Below are positions 17,267 to 28,493 of a DNA stretch of 53,766 nucleotides, in pieces. The notes below the pieces were generated by a model. That model was not told the origin of the DNA, did no database searches, and saw only the letters and a list, made by a program, of their open reading frames with translations. Source of the stretch: a virus (Duplodnaviria; Caudoviricetes); the IMG/VR virus record IMGVR_UViG_3300045125_000094, positions 1 through 53,766 of that record; one strand, given 5' to 3'. The position numbers were made by a program, and so were the translations under genes. Position 1 is the stretch's first letter; each line of letters begins with the position of its first letter.

Positions 17267-19397
17267 ATGGCCGTAGGGACAACAAATTTTCCAACATCGC
17301 TGGATACGGTGGTCGAGCTGGTTGAGGTTGCGAACAAGGCAACAACCTCAATCAGCGGCGGCACGCTGAGCAATAGCAATACAACCGTAACGGTGGTCAG
17401 CACGGCCAGCTTTCCGTCATCGGGAATTATTGGCGTTGACGACGAGCTGATTGCCTACACCGGCAAAACGTCGACGACGTTCACGGGTTGCACAAGGGGC
17501 TTCGAGTCAACGACAGCAGCTACACATGCCGACGGCGCAGCTGTAAAGCTCTACATTACCGCGGCGAGCCACAAGGTGCAGTCAGCTGCAATTATCGCGG
17601 TTGAGACGAAGATCGGCACGGGCAGCTCAACGGCAACGGCCAATACCGTTTTGACGGGCAGCGGAACCGGCACAAGCTCTTGGGGAACAGTCACCAACGC
17701 GATGCTGGCCGGGTCGATTGCTGCCTCGAAGCTCGTCGGCACGGACATTGCGACCCTCGGCACAGTCACCAGCGGTACACTCTCGACAGGCGCGGTGCTG
17801 GGCGGCGTGACGGTGACGCTCGGATCAGACGCCACGGGAGACATTTATTATCGCAACAGCGGCGGCGTGCTGACACGGCTGGGGATTGGTACGACCGGGC
17901 AGGTGCTGACGGTGTCGGGGGCTTACCGTCGTGGGCTACGGCATCGGGCGGGGGCGGTAGTCCGGTCGGGAATACTGGAGATTATCAGATAAACGCCGGA
18001 GGCGGAGCATTCGGGGCCGGTGTGATTGCTCAGAGCAGCGGTCGGGTGACGGCTACGCCAACCTTGGATCACGTCAGGCAGCACCAGTTATTTCCGGATC
18101 ATCACTCCGGCAGACACCGCACTGACGGCAAGCACCGAATCCGTTGGTCTTCAGTTTGGCGGGAACACGTCAGCAGCGACGGTGACATCGGCAGTTTGCG
18201 ACAGGCGCACTCACAACTCAGCGTGAGAACGTCTTCGTCGCGCCAACTTATGGCTTTGTTGGCGCGTCAACGATTACGACAGCGCACAGTGGTGATTACA
18301 CGGGACGCCGACTCAGCACCAATGCGACGATCACAAAGCCGGTGGCGCTGAGAATCGAACAGGGGGCGCTTGGCAAGCGGCGGCGCGAGTTGATCGATCA
18401 CAGCTGCAGCGATGCTGCAGTGGTTCAATCGCGCGTGCAACGACGGCAGTAATCCGACGTACAATATTCTTGCGGTACTGCGCCGGCGACGTGGTATGAG
18501 CGGGAATCAGATCTTTGCTGCCTCCACTATATGCGGTTTGTCTGCCCGGGGTCTGCTTCAGGTCCATCGCGGGTCGGTACTATCGGCTCGCCAGTCTGGA
18601 ATAGGCACTGACGATAACGCAAATCGGCATTTACTCCCATGCAGTGCACCGCTTTGCTGGGGCAACGGGCAAATGGCAATTTTGTTTTCAATCAGAGCTC
18701 ATCAGGTCGTTTTCGGGTCTAATGTCTCGACGTTTGATGCGGCATTCGTCGCCAGCTGCAAATATTGTGCGCGTAACAGACGGCAGCACGGGCGCGCGGG
18801 CAACTGCTGGTTGGCGCTAATGTCCGCGACTGCCGGCAGCTGCAGTGCGTGATCCTCAGGTTCTGCTTCCATGTCAGCTTGCGCGTTGACAGCGCGGCCA
18901 GTCCGTCGGCCGATATCGTGCAATTTACAAATAACGGCTCCACTCGGTGGGCGCTAAACAGCACATCTACAGCCACGACGAAGACTATTACAGCACCTAA
19001 TGGAGCCACGTCTGTCACAGGAGTACTGACTGAAAACGTGACTTTGTCGACGACCGGCGCAACCACGGATACTACGATTCAGATTCCCGCAAGCAGCATC
19101 GTGCTTGGGGTTACGGTTCGGGTGACTACCACAATCGCGGGGATCGACGGTAATGCGCTACAGTTTGGCGATTCAACGACGGCGCGCGCTTCGGATCTAT
19201 CGGGTCACTTACGGCAGGCACAACAGGCGTTGGGCTCGCGCAACTCAAGGTGGCGTCTCCACGGATGCGGCAGGGCCGATCGTTACATCAGCCACGGCAG
19301 TCCGGCTTACGCTTACGGGTGGCGCGGACAATACCCCTCAGCAGGCGCGGTGCGGGTCACGATTCACTACATTCTACTTTCAGCAGCAACCAGTTAA
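17267..19397 (+). CDS. Tail fibre/virion-associated protein, Gly/Thr/Ser-rich, many frameshifts
   Basis: Pieces 17267-17992, 17680-18351 and 18849-19397 have fibre-like motifs (VDDELIAYT..FTGCTRG, GDIYYR..LTRLGIGTTGQVLTV). Confidence 0.6.
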
Positions 19398-19409
19398 TAG
19401 CGAGGTTTT

Positions 19410-19747
19410 ATGCCAGCCCCGACATAAACTATTCAGAATTGACAACGGCAACGGCGCGACGATTGGCGGTGAGACCGCTGCTCGTGCGACGCTGATCTGG
19501 TTCCGCGACCTGCCAGCAAAGCAGAAGATCATCGACCGGCTTCTGTGCGGCCTACGGCTGGACGGCAACCGTTCCCGACCCTGCTCGCCCGGGTCAGACG
19601 ATTGCCAATCCTGTCACGGCGCAGGAGTTTTTCAACAATCAGCTGACAAAATATATCCGAGAGGTCATCCGCGCTCAGGCCGTGCAGAATGCGGCGAGTT
19701 CAGCAGGCGCGGCGGCTGGTGCGACGGAAGACACGGATTTACCTTAA
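19410..19747 (+). CDS. Hypothetical virion-associated protein (frameshifted)
   Basis: ATG after GAGG; a reading frame ends in TAA at 19747 before the next RBS. Confidence 0.4.
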
Positions 19748-19946
19748 GGAGTAGTGCAATGTATACCTATTTGACGTTTCTCACCCTCAGCGCAACAGCG
19801 AGACCGTCTGTCTGTACGGGGCGACCACCGGACAGCGCTACGTGTTTACGACCTCACAACCTACTCTTCGAGTCGACAGCCGAGACGCTGCGGCGATGAT
19901 TCGCACCGGACTGGTGCAGGCCTAAAATAGAAAGGCACAGAGGCTC

Positions 19947-20312
19947 ATGAAAGTCACCCTCAGGCAGATCTTTACAAGCTGGCAGGCGATCAACGAAGCG
20001 GCAAAGCTCACGCTTCCGATCAAGCTGGCATACGGGCTTGGTCGTTTCGTCAAAGACGCGTCTGAGCGCTACGACGAAATCGAAAAACAGCGTGTCGCTC
20101 TTGTTGAGCGACTAAGCGAGGCGGACGATAACGGCAATCGCGCCGTGCCGCCGGAACAAATGTCCGATTTTATGCGCGAGTTCGGCGAGCTGCTGGACGT
20201 GGACGTCGAAGTGTACGATCCAAAATTGACGCTCGAAGCGCTCGACGCCGCGAAAGTGGAGATCAGTGTGACGACGGTGGCGTCGCTCGACTGGTTGATC
20301 AAAGAGGCCTAA
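19947..20312 (+). CDS. Helical phage protein (DUF1617-like)
   Basis: LPIKLAYGLGR..EKQRVALVERL..F..EFGELLD.DVEV pattern. Confidence 0.6.
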   Translation: MKVTLRQIFTSWQAINEAAKLTLPIKLAYGLGRFVKDASERYDEIEKQRVALVERLSEADDNGNRAVPPEQMSDFMREFGELLDVDVEVYDPKLTLEALDAAKVEISVTTVASLDWLIKEA

Positions 20313-20315
20313 ACA

Positions 20316-21588
20316 ATGCCGGCGGTATGGGGACAAACCGGGTGGGCGGAGTCGACATGGGCGGAAGCCGATGGCGGCTCGGCGTACGCGCAGACCTTGA
20401 CCGGGTCGCTATCGTCTGCCGGCTCGATCGTGCGCAACACAGCGGCGGTCGAGGTGGGCGCGATTGCCACCGGTGGCACGCTGAGCCGTATAGCCTCTTT
20501 CGCGCGATCCCTGGCTGGCTCTGTTACACCCTCCGCGACAATTGCCAGAGTAGCGTCGTTTGCGCGATCGCTGGCCGGAGCTGTCACGCCTGCCGGCGCT
20601 CTGACCAGCGTCAAGACTTTTATTCTGGCGCTGGCTGGCGCTATCACGCCATCCGCGACAATTGCCCGAGTCGCGTCATTTGTTCGATCGCTGACCGGAG
20701 CTGTGACGCCTTCCGCGACAATTATTCGAGTTGCGTCGTTTGCTCGATCGCTGACCGGAGCTGTCACTCCTGCCGGCGCTCTCACCAGCGTCAAGACTTT
20801 TATCCTCGCGCTGGCTGGCAGTCTGGCTTCAGCCGGGACGGCGATTCGGAACGCGGCAAAGACTCTTGGTGGCAATGCGACGACGACCGGCGTTATCACT
20901 CGCACGCTATCTCTGGCGCGATCGGTGACTGGTGCGATTGCCACCGGTGGCACGATTGTCAGACTCGCGAGTCGTCAGCTGACTGGCGCGATCGCCTCAG
21001 CCGGGACTCTTAATCGCATCAAAGCCGTGCTTGTGTCCGTGACCGGCGCGATTGCCACAGGTGGCACGTTAAATCGTTCAGCCGCCAAGACGTTAGCCGG
21101 CGTTGTAACACATTCCGGCGTTGCGATTCGTGCCACCGCGAGACAGCTTGCCGGCGCGATTTCCAGCAGCGCCATCGTCAATCTGCTGCAAACCGGGTTG
21201 TCGATCTACATCACGGCAAGCATCGCAACAGCCGGCGCGCTGACCAGGAATGCAGCACGATCGCTGACAGGAGCGATTGCCTCAGCCGGCACTGCGGCTC
21301 GTCAGATCAGTTCGTCGGGTGGCAGGTTTGATTGCCACCAGTGCGACTCTGACGGCGATTAGAGTTTACTTATTAACAATTACGGGAACAGTGGCGACAT
21401 CGGGATTGATGGCGCGACTGACAGGCAAAGCGATCGTTGGCGCGGTGACTGCGGTCGGATCAGTGGCGAAACTGATCGGCAAGGCGATCGCTGGAATAGC
21501 AGGAACTGTCGGAGCGCTGATCACGTCGGTGATCGGACCGACCGGCAAAATCAATGTGACTTTGACTGATCGGGCGGTGACGAAGTGA
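20316..21588 (+). CDS. Ala/Thr-rich repeat protein with ~18-20 aa units (fibre-like); frameshift near 21315
   Basis: Units such as RSLAGAVTPSATIARVASFA continue into ORF 21277-21588. Confidence 0.75.
20521..20820 (+). repeat. 60-bp tandem repeat, unit order A-B-A-A-B
   Basis: Lines starting 20521, 20641 and 20701 align; lines starting 20581 and 20761 align. Confidence 0.85.
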
Positions 21589-21616
21589 CCGTAACCGACG
21601 AGATTGGAGGATAGCA

Positions 21617-22333
21617 ATGATCAACGGATCAAACCTTGGAGCGAGCGGCTCGCTGAGCCTGCGCGTGCTGCCGGGTGGCAGTTGGACGGAGACGCCGGCG
21701 GAGTCGCTCACAATCTGGCAGGCGCTGAAGTACGGCCTGCCGCGGTACGGACAGCCGGCGGAGGTCGTAACCTACAAGTTGCGCAATCTGCCGAATCTGT
21801 GGCGCGGACTGTGGCGAATGGCGGTGGCGCGAGTGGCAGGGACGCCGGCGTTCTTCGGACAGGTCTCGGCCTCGAAGATCCTCGCTGATGGCCGGGTGAT
21901 TGACTACGGGCTGGTCAGTCTGCGCGTCGTGACGACGGCCGGCGTCAACGCCATTGTCACAAACTTCAACACGGCGTCACCCTCAGTCACGGTCTTCTCG
22001 TTCAAGTTTCACGGCTTCGGCACGGGAACGGGATCAGAGGCTATCGGTGACACGGCGCTTGGGACCGAGCTGACCACCGAGTACGCGTCGGACAACGTCA
22101 GGCCGACCGGAACGCAGACGACCGGCGCGACGAACAACGTCTACCGAACGGTGGCAACGCTGTCGCCTGACGGATCCGGCAGTCTGGCCATCACAGAGCA
22201 CGGGATCTTCTCACAAGCTGCCACCGGTGGCGGAACGCTGCTTGATCGCACGGTCTTTTCGGCGGTCAACCTGACTCGCGGTTCGGATTCGCTTCAGGTG
22301 ACGTACGATCTGACGTTCACCGCCGGAGGCTGA
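21617..22333 (+). CDS. Virion structural protein (tail-fibre anchor/baseplate-like)
   Basis: VVTTAGVN..GFGTGT...GDTALGTE...AITEHGIF...GTLLDRTVFSAVN...SLQVTY is a fibre-base-like pattern. Confidence 0.65.
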   Translation: MINGSNLGASGSLSLRVLPGGSWTETPAESLTIWQALKYGLPRYGQPAEVVTYKLRNLPNLWRGLWRMAVARVAGTPAFFGQVSASKILADGRVIDYGLVSLRVVTTAGVNAIVTNFNTASPSVTVFSFKFHGFGTGTGSEAIGDTALGTELTTEYASDNVRPTGTQTTGATNNVYRTVATLSPDGSGSLAITEHGIFSQAATGGGTLLDRTVFSAVNLTRGSDSLQVTYDLTFTAGG

Positions 22334-22334
22334 T

Positions 22335-22631
22335 GTGGCGGTCAATACCTATGACATTGGCGACGTGGTTCGCCTCAGCGCCAATTTCAACGACACGACT
22401 CAGGATGTCGACCCGGCGGGCGTGACTTTCAAGATCAAAACGCCCGTCGGGACAGTTGTCACTCTGGTCTACGGTGTCGACGGTGCCGTCGTCAAAGACT
22501 CGACTGGTGACTATCACGTCGACTACGAGCCGCCTGTCGAAGGCACATACTACTATCGCGCAGTCGGCACTACGACAAACAAGGGCGCGGCCGAGAGTCG
22601 ATTCGTAGTGCGCGAGAGCCGATTCAACTAA
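22335..22631 (+). CDS. Small Ig-like/BppU N-terminal-like structural protein
   Basis: YDIGDVVRL..F..DP..VTF..KTP.G...STGDYHVDY....GTYYYR. Confidence 0.6.
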   Translation: MAVNTYDIGDVVRLSANFNDTTQDVDPAGVTFKIKTPVGTVVTLVYGVDGAVVKDSTGDYHVDYEPPVEGTYYYRAVGTTTNKGAAESRFVVRESRFN

Positions 22632-22634
22632 TGA

Positions 22635-24447
22635 ATGGCAGAGATCTACGATCAGGCCGAGCAGTTCAAAGCGGATCTCGTGAGACGGGAGCGGATCGCA
22701 GCGTCGCAGCTCGTTCGTCAGTACGGCCGATCGTGGAAGCGTCTGCGCGCACTGCTGACTGATGTCACGGATCGAATCGAAACAGCGCGCCGGCAGGGAA
22801 TAGAGGTCTCGCCGGCGTGGCTGTATCAGCAGCAGCGATACCAGGCACTGATCGCACAGGTTGAGCGCGAGGTTCTTCGCTACGTCGAGGCTGTGGATAG
22901 CAGCGTCCGGCGAGAACAGGCGGCAGCGATCCGGGCAGCGACGCGCCATGCGGCGACGGCGATCAGGACAGCAGCGGCGTCAACTCCTTTCGCGTCAGTG
23001 ACAGTCACGGCGCTTCCGGTTGAAGCGATTACGTCAATGGTCGGATTCCTGGCCGACGGATCGCCGCTCTCTTCCCTGCTGGCGAAGTTGCCGCCGGGAA
23101 TGTCGCGCGAAGTCGGCGACGCGCTGACCGAGGCTGTAACGCTCGGCTATAATCCGCGCAAGACCGCAGCGATCATCCGGCATCGGGCAGGAATGACGCT
23201 GTCAAGGTCGCTGACGATCGCGCGGACGGAGACGCTTCGAGCATACCGCGAAGCAACGCACCAGACCTACAAAGCCAACAGCAATATTGTCGCGGGGTGG
23301 TACTGGGTGGCATCGCTCAGTCGTCGCACCTGCGCGGCCTGCATCGCTCTTCACGGGACGTTTCACACAATGGAAGAGCGAATGTCCACGCACGTCCGCT
23401 GCCGCTGTACCTCGATTCCGGGCATCAAGGGCGATCCGTCGCCATTCACGGAGAACGGCGAGGAGTGGTTCGCGAAACAGTCAGCGGAAGTGCAGCGGGC
23501 TGTCTTTTCAAACAACGCGGCGTATCAGGCCTATCGCGATGGACAGGCGAAGCTGACGGACTTTGTCGGCAAGCAGGTAAATCCGGTTTGGGGCGACTCG
23601 TATGTGCAGCTCGGCGCGAAGCGGGCGCTGGCTGGCGAGGGACGTTTCCGGGATATGATCGACCGCAGCCTGGCTCGACACTGCCGGCAGCCGTGACTGC
23701 GCCACAGCCAGCGGGTTATCGATCAGCAGCGACGACAATCGAAGCGCAAAATATCGCGCGCGAGCTGGGGATCGGCAGCCGAGTTGATTACAGTCGACTC
23801 CTGCTTGCTGACGCCAATAAAATCAACAAAGAACTTGGGGCGATTTTTGCGGAGTGGAGACTTAAACCTATTGGCGATCTCGCTTATGGAGCCAAAGGCG
23901 ACACGAACGCTTTGGCCAATGGCAGCAAAATCATATACAACGGCGAACGGTTCAGCAGCAGGGCGGATATGGCGCAATCCTATGCGGATAGCGTGACTAA
24001 TTTCAAAGCGGTATCGTTGCGCCGTTTGAGCAATCTGACATTGACACCGGATGCGCCGGTAAAAAGCTCGTCAAGGCCGCGCAGGAGGCTGTGAAATACG
24101 AAGCTATGGTCGGTAAAACGCAGCGTTGAAGATTTCGCAGTGGACACGCTTATTCACGAGGCAGGCCATGTGATCGAAGATCAGGTGCTTGGGCTTCTCA
24201 ACCCGCATTTGATCAACGATCCCGCGCGCAATCGCGCTGACGGAGGCGCTGAAAAGTTTCGACAGGAGATGGAAGCGAATTTACAAGAATCGGAAAAAGG
24301 ATCGTTATAAAATCAGCATGTATGGTAGCAAAAACCTGCATGAGGTATTTTGCCGAAAGTTTTCTGATGTACTATCGGCGACCGCAGGACTTGCCATCTA
24401 ACATTCGCGATTACTTTGACCGATTGAAGGCGTTTAGTAATAAATAG
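22635..24447 (+). CDS. MuF/SPP1 gp7-like minor head protein with C-terminal HExxH zinc-metallopeptidase extension (several frameshifts)
   Basis: TIARTETLRAY..W.W....RTCAACIALHG..HVRCRCT. Downstream frames give TLIHEAGHVIE (~24155) and ISMYGSKNLHEV-F-AESF, ending in TAG at 24447. Confidence 0.75.
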
Positions 24448-24456
24448 GAGTCCAAA

Positions 24457-24675
24457 ATGCAAAAAGATTTATGTTACAAGTGCAAGTGGTTTGCGGGTTT
24501 GGATGTGTGCTTCGCTTACCCTGACGGCATACCTGACCGCATCTATACGGGAGACAACAATCATACGGAGCGGCAGCCGGATCAGACTGGCGATTTTGTA
24601 TTTACCGCACAAGACCTTACTACAACCGAGAATTTGATAGACCCCGGTCGGTTTCCGGCGCAGGGCAGCTTATGA
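24457..24675 (+). CDS. Small Cys-containing protein downstream of MuF (possible immunity/partner)
   Basis: CYKCKW...CFAYPDGIPDRIYTGDNNH....DQTGDFVF; AGGAG RBS. Confidence 0.7.
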   Translation: MQKDLCYKCKWFAGLDVCFAYPDGIPDRIYTGDNNHTERQPDQTGDFVFTAQDLTTTENLIDPGRFPAQGSL

Positions 24676-25112
24676 CGAAAAAGAAAGAGTCAGCCAAAAC
24701 CGCAGAATCGAGACTGACCGACAAGCAGCTGGCGTTCGTGCGTGCCTATACTGGCGAGGCAGGCTTGAATGGTTATCGCGCGGCAGAGGCGGCTGGCTAC
24801 GGAGGCGACCGGGTAGTCCTCAACAACATCGCGCAGCAGAATCTCCGCAATCCGCACATTCGCAAGATGATCAGCGAGTATCTGGAGACAAACGCGATGA
24901 CGGCCGGCGAGGTACTGGCCGAGCTGTCGAAGGTGGCGAAGGCTCCGATGGACGATCTGAGCGACCCTCGCCTCGTCAAGAATAAGGTGACGGCGCTGAC
25001 GGTGCTGGCGAAGCATCACGGGCTACTGACGGACCGGCTTGACGTAACGACCGGCGGCGCGCCGCTGACCTTTGCGGATCTGGCGAAACTGGCAAATGAG
25101 CACAAGAGCTGA
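24672..25112 (+). CDS. terS: Terminase small subunit
   Basis: LTDKQLAFVRAY....NGYRAAEAAGY....NLRNPHI; upstream of TerL. Confidence 0.88.
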   Translation: MTKKKESAKTAESRLTDKQLAFVRAYTGEAGLNGYRAAEAAGYGGDRVVLNNIAQQNLRNPHIRKMISEYLETNAMTAGEVLAELSKVAKAPMDDLSDPRLVKNKVTALTVLAKHHGLLTDRLDVTTGGAPLTFADLAKLANEHKS

Positions 25113-26472
25113 AGCGGTAAACATCCTGACAAAGTCGCGGACAGAGCCGGCGTGGTTTCTGACCGAAGTCCTTGGCGTGCCGTACATCACACCGCAGCAA
25201 CAGGAAGTAATCGACAGCGTCGCGCGGAATCGTCGAACAGCGGTCACGGCGGGCAACGGCGTCGGCAAGACGTGGCTGGCGGCGAGGCTGGCGCTCTGGT
25301 TCCTCTACACGAACCCGGGGGCGAAGGTGGTGACGACCGCGCCGACGTGGTTCCAGTGTCGAGAACCTGCTGTGGCGGGAACTAAGGATCGCGCACAAGA
25401 ACGCGAGGTTCCAGCTTGGCGGCACTCCAAATCTGACATCGCTCAATCTCTCGGAAGAGTGGTTCGCGGTAGGACTGTCGACGAACGATCCGACACGGTT
25501 TCAAGGGACGCACGCTCCGCGGGTAATGGTCGTCTTTGACGAGGCGACAGGGGTGGCGCCTGGGATCTGGCAGGCGGCCGAAGGTTTGGCGGTCGGGCCT
25601 GACGACCGGTTCTTCGCGGTCGGAAATCCGACAGATCCGACGAGCGAGTTCAAGCGAAAAGACGACAGCGGACTCTGGCCGGTGATCCGGCTGTCCTGCG
25701 AGCAGCACCCGAATGTCACCGAGGGGCGGGTAATCGTGCCGGGCGCGGTGACGCGTGAATGGTGCGAAGAGCGATTGCAGGAGTACGGCGGCAGGGATAC
25801 CGCGCTTTATCGCGCCCGGGTGCTCGGACTGTGGCCGGAGGAGGGGACGACGTTCTGATTCCGCTGCGCGTCGTCGAAACAGCGCAGGCGCGCTGGTCAG
25901 AGCAGATCGGCCGGGTAATCGCCATTGGCTGCGACGTCGCGAGATATGGCGCTGACGAGACTGTCATCTTCTCAATTGGCGAAAGCGGCAACGTAAGTCG
26001 GCCAACTGTGCGACACGGTCAGAACCTGATGGAGACGGCCGGGCAACTGATGGCGACCGGAGCGCCAACAATCGGCGTGGACGACAGCGGTCTGGGAGGC
26101 GGTGTCACGGATCGATTGCGAGAGCTCAATGCGCCAGTCGTGCCGTGCATTGCCGGATCAGCGGCGCGCGAAGATCGCAAGTTCGTCAACTCACGAGCGG
26201 AAATGTGGTGGGCGCTGCGTGAGGCGCTGACAGCTGGCGACATTGCGCTGCCTGACGATCGGCGACTCGCGGCGGATCTGACGAATGTGAAGTTTAGCTA
26301 TGACAGCAGGGGGAGAATCAAACTTGAAAGCAAGGACGAGATCAAGAAGCGCCTCGGGCGATCACCGGATAGGGGTGACGCGCTCGCCATAGCCAATTGG
26401 GTGCGAACCCCGCGCATCGAGTATCAGCAGGGAAGCTCCTGCGGTAAGGGAGACGATGGCACAGCTCAATGA
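25096..26472 (+). CDS. terL: Terminase large subunit (several frameshifts)
   Basis: Walker A AGNGVGKT, TAPT, Walker B VVFDEA, VGNPT; nuclease motifs GCDVARYGADETV and SPDRGDALA. Confidence 0.92.
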
Positions 26473-27729
26473 CGAACAGATCAAACAAATCCTCACTTGT
26501 TACCTGGTCGGCGGCCGGAGCATCAATTCCACAGCGAGGGCGACCGGCTTCTCGCAGCATACAGTTCAGGCGATACGTCCAGCTCTATCAGAGCGGCCAG
26601 CTGGAGCGCCTTGGTATCAGCGATCCGGGGCGCGATCCTCTCCCGGTCGAAGACAACGAAACCAATCGAGTTCTGCAACTGCGGCGAGAGCTGGCTGCTG
26701 TTCGACAGGAACGCAGCGATCTGCTGAAAGAGAAGGAGCTTCGCGACGCACTGCTGCGAATGTTTCGTTTTATTGGCGAGGCCGAAGTGTCGCCGCCGGC
26801 GTGGGTTATGCGCACGCCTCGGGCAGGGAGCCGGGCGGCCATCCCAACAGCATTTCTGAGTGATGTCCATCTGGACGAAGTGGTCTATCCGGCGCAGGTC
26901 AACTACGTGAACGCCTTCAATCGACCAAATCGCTGAAGCCCGACTGCGACGCTTCTTCGAGGGCACGATCGAGCTGGCGCAAAGCTACCTGCAAGGGCTC
27001 ACCTACGAAGGCATCGTCATGCCGCTTGGCGGTGACATCTTCAGCGGAATCATTCACGAGGAGCTGGTTGAGACAAACGCCGCGACAATCTTTGACTCTC
27101 TGCTCTACTGGTGCGAGCCAATCGCGGCCGGCATTCGCCTGCTGCGGGACGCTTTCGGGCGAGTCTTCCTGCCCTGCGTGGTCGGGAATCACGGCCGACG
27201 TCAGCGCAAGCCTCATGCCAAAAATCGCGCGCAGGACAACTTCGACTATTTCTTCTATCACCTGCTGCGAAAGACGCTGCCTGATAAGACGATCGAGTTC
27301 AAGATCAGCGACAGCGCCGATCAGTCGTACACGGTTTTCAACACGCGCTACCTGCTGACGCACGGCGACCAGTTTCGCGGTGGTAGCGGGATCGCGGGCA
27401 TGCTCTCGCCGCTGCTGATCGGCGACGCGCGCAAACGCGAACGGGAGAACGCCGTCCAGCGACCTTACGACTACCTGGTAATGGGACACTGGCATCAGCT
27501 GGCGTTCCTGCGCGGGTTGATCGTCAACGGCAGCCTGAAAGGCTACGATGAATACGCTTTTGTGAGCAACTTTCGCTTTGAGCCTCCGCGTCAGGCATTT
27601 TGGATCACTGACGCGCACCACGGCGTGACGATCACGGCTCCGATCCACGTCGCGGCCGAGGACGAGCAATATTCGGCCAACACCGGAGCACAGGCCGTAG
27701 CGGCGGGAATGGGAGCGAGCGCGCGATGA
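26456..27729 (+). CDS. N-terminal HTH plus calcineurin-like metallophosphoesterase (frameshifted)
   Basis: SINSTARATGFSQHTV HTH; SDVH, GGD, GNHG, HGD and GHWH motifs. Confidence 0.8.
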
Positions 27730-28133
27730 GCGAGCTGCGATTTCGCGTCTACCCTGAAGGCCGGGGATTGCACCTTGACGTGATTATCTGGCCAACGCTG
27801 ACGTCGATGAGGCGACACCTGGTCGCGAGCTATCCGCGCCGCGGAATGTCGAAGGTGCTGGCGGTGGTGCTGTGGCCGACGGATCCGGCGGATCGGCCTC
27901 GGCGCGGACACATAGCGGAAATGCACTTCAACCGGCGATACCTGGCTAGTGATATCATCGCCCACGAGGCAACCCATGCGGCTCTGGCGTGGGCACGAAG
28001 AGCAGGGATCAGTATCAGCGAGAGCGACGGCACAATCGACGCATCGCCTGACGAGGAGCGATTCTGCTACGCGCTCGGCTCGATCACTTTGCAGATCTCG
28101 GAGAAGGCGTTTGCGCCGCTTCGGCCAACTTGA
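27726..28133 (+). CDS. Small HExxH metallopeptidase-like protein
   Basis: DIIAHEATHAAL...DEERFCY; ATGA overlap. Confidence 0.65.
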   Translation: MSELRFRVYPEGRGLHLDVIIWPTLTSMRRHLVASYPRRGMSKVLAVVLWPTDPADRPRRGHIAEMHFNRRYLASDIIAHEATHAALAWARRAGISISESDGTIDASPDEERFCYALGSITLQISEKAFAPLRPT

Positions 28134-28263
28134 CGCGATTCCATTCCGCGGCGAGCAGCCGGTCGAGTACCTCGTACTGACGCTCACCCGTATGCGCTGC
28201 GATTTTGCGCAGCCGGGATAACGCTTGCTGGTTAATTTTGGTTGTGATTCGCTTATTCGTCAT
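28084..28263 (-). CDS. Small ribbon-helix-helix protein, antisense to the late operon
   Basis: ITTKINQQALSRLRKIAAHTGERQYEVLDRLL; GGGAGA RBS. Confidence 0.6.
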   Translation of the reverse strand: MTNKRITTKINQQALSRLRKIAAHTGERQYEVLDRLLAAEWNRVKLAEAAQTPSPRSAK

Positions 28264-28400
28264 TTTTCTCCCACTCCACTTCCCATGCTTCAGAAAATTC
28301 AGACTCAGCGAACATGTCGGCAAGCCCCTGAATGCCGCTGATCTGCGTCAGTCGTAAAACCTCGTCAGGCTCCATGCCCAGCTCAACAACACACTCTCTC

Positions 28401-28428
28401 AAAATAAAATTCGCGTTCGCGCTATCGT
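28401..28428 (+). promoter_or_regulatory. Putative late promoter 2 (AAAATAAA-N14-TATCGT)
   Basis: Precedes portal; same spacing as 15205 and 29915. Confidence 0.6.
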
Positions 28429-28493
28429 TACATCGTGCATGAGGAATCCTTTCAATGGGCTGGGAGCCGGCGCTCCCCGATTTTTGAGAGACG

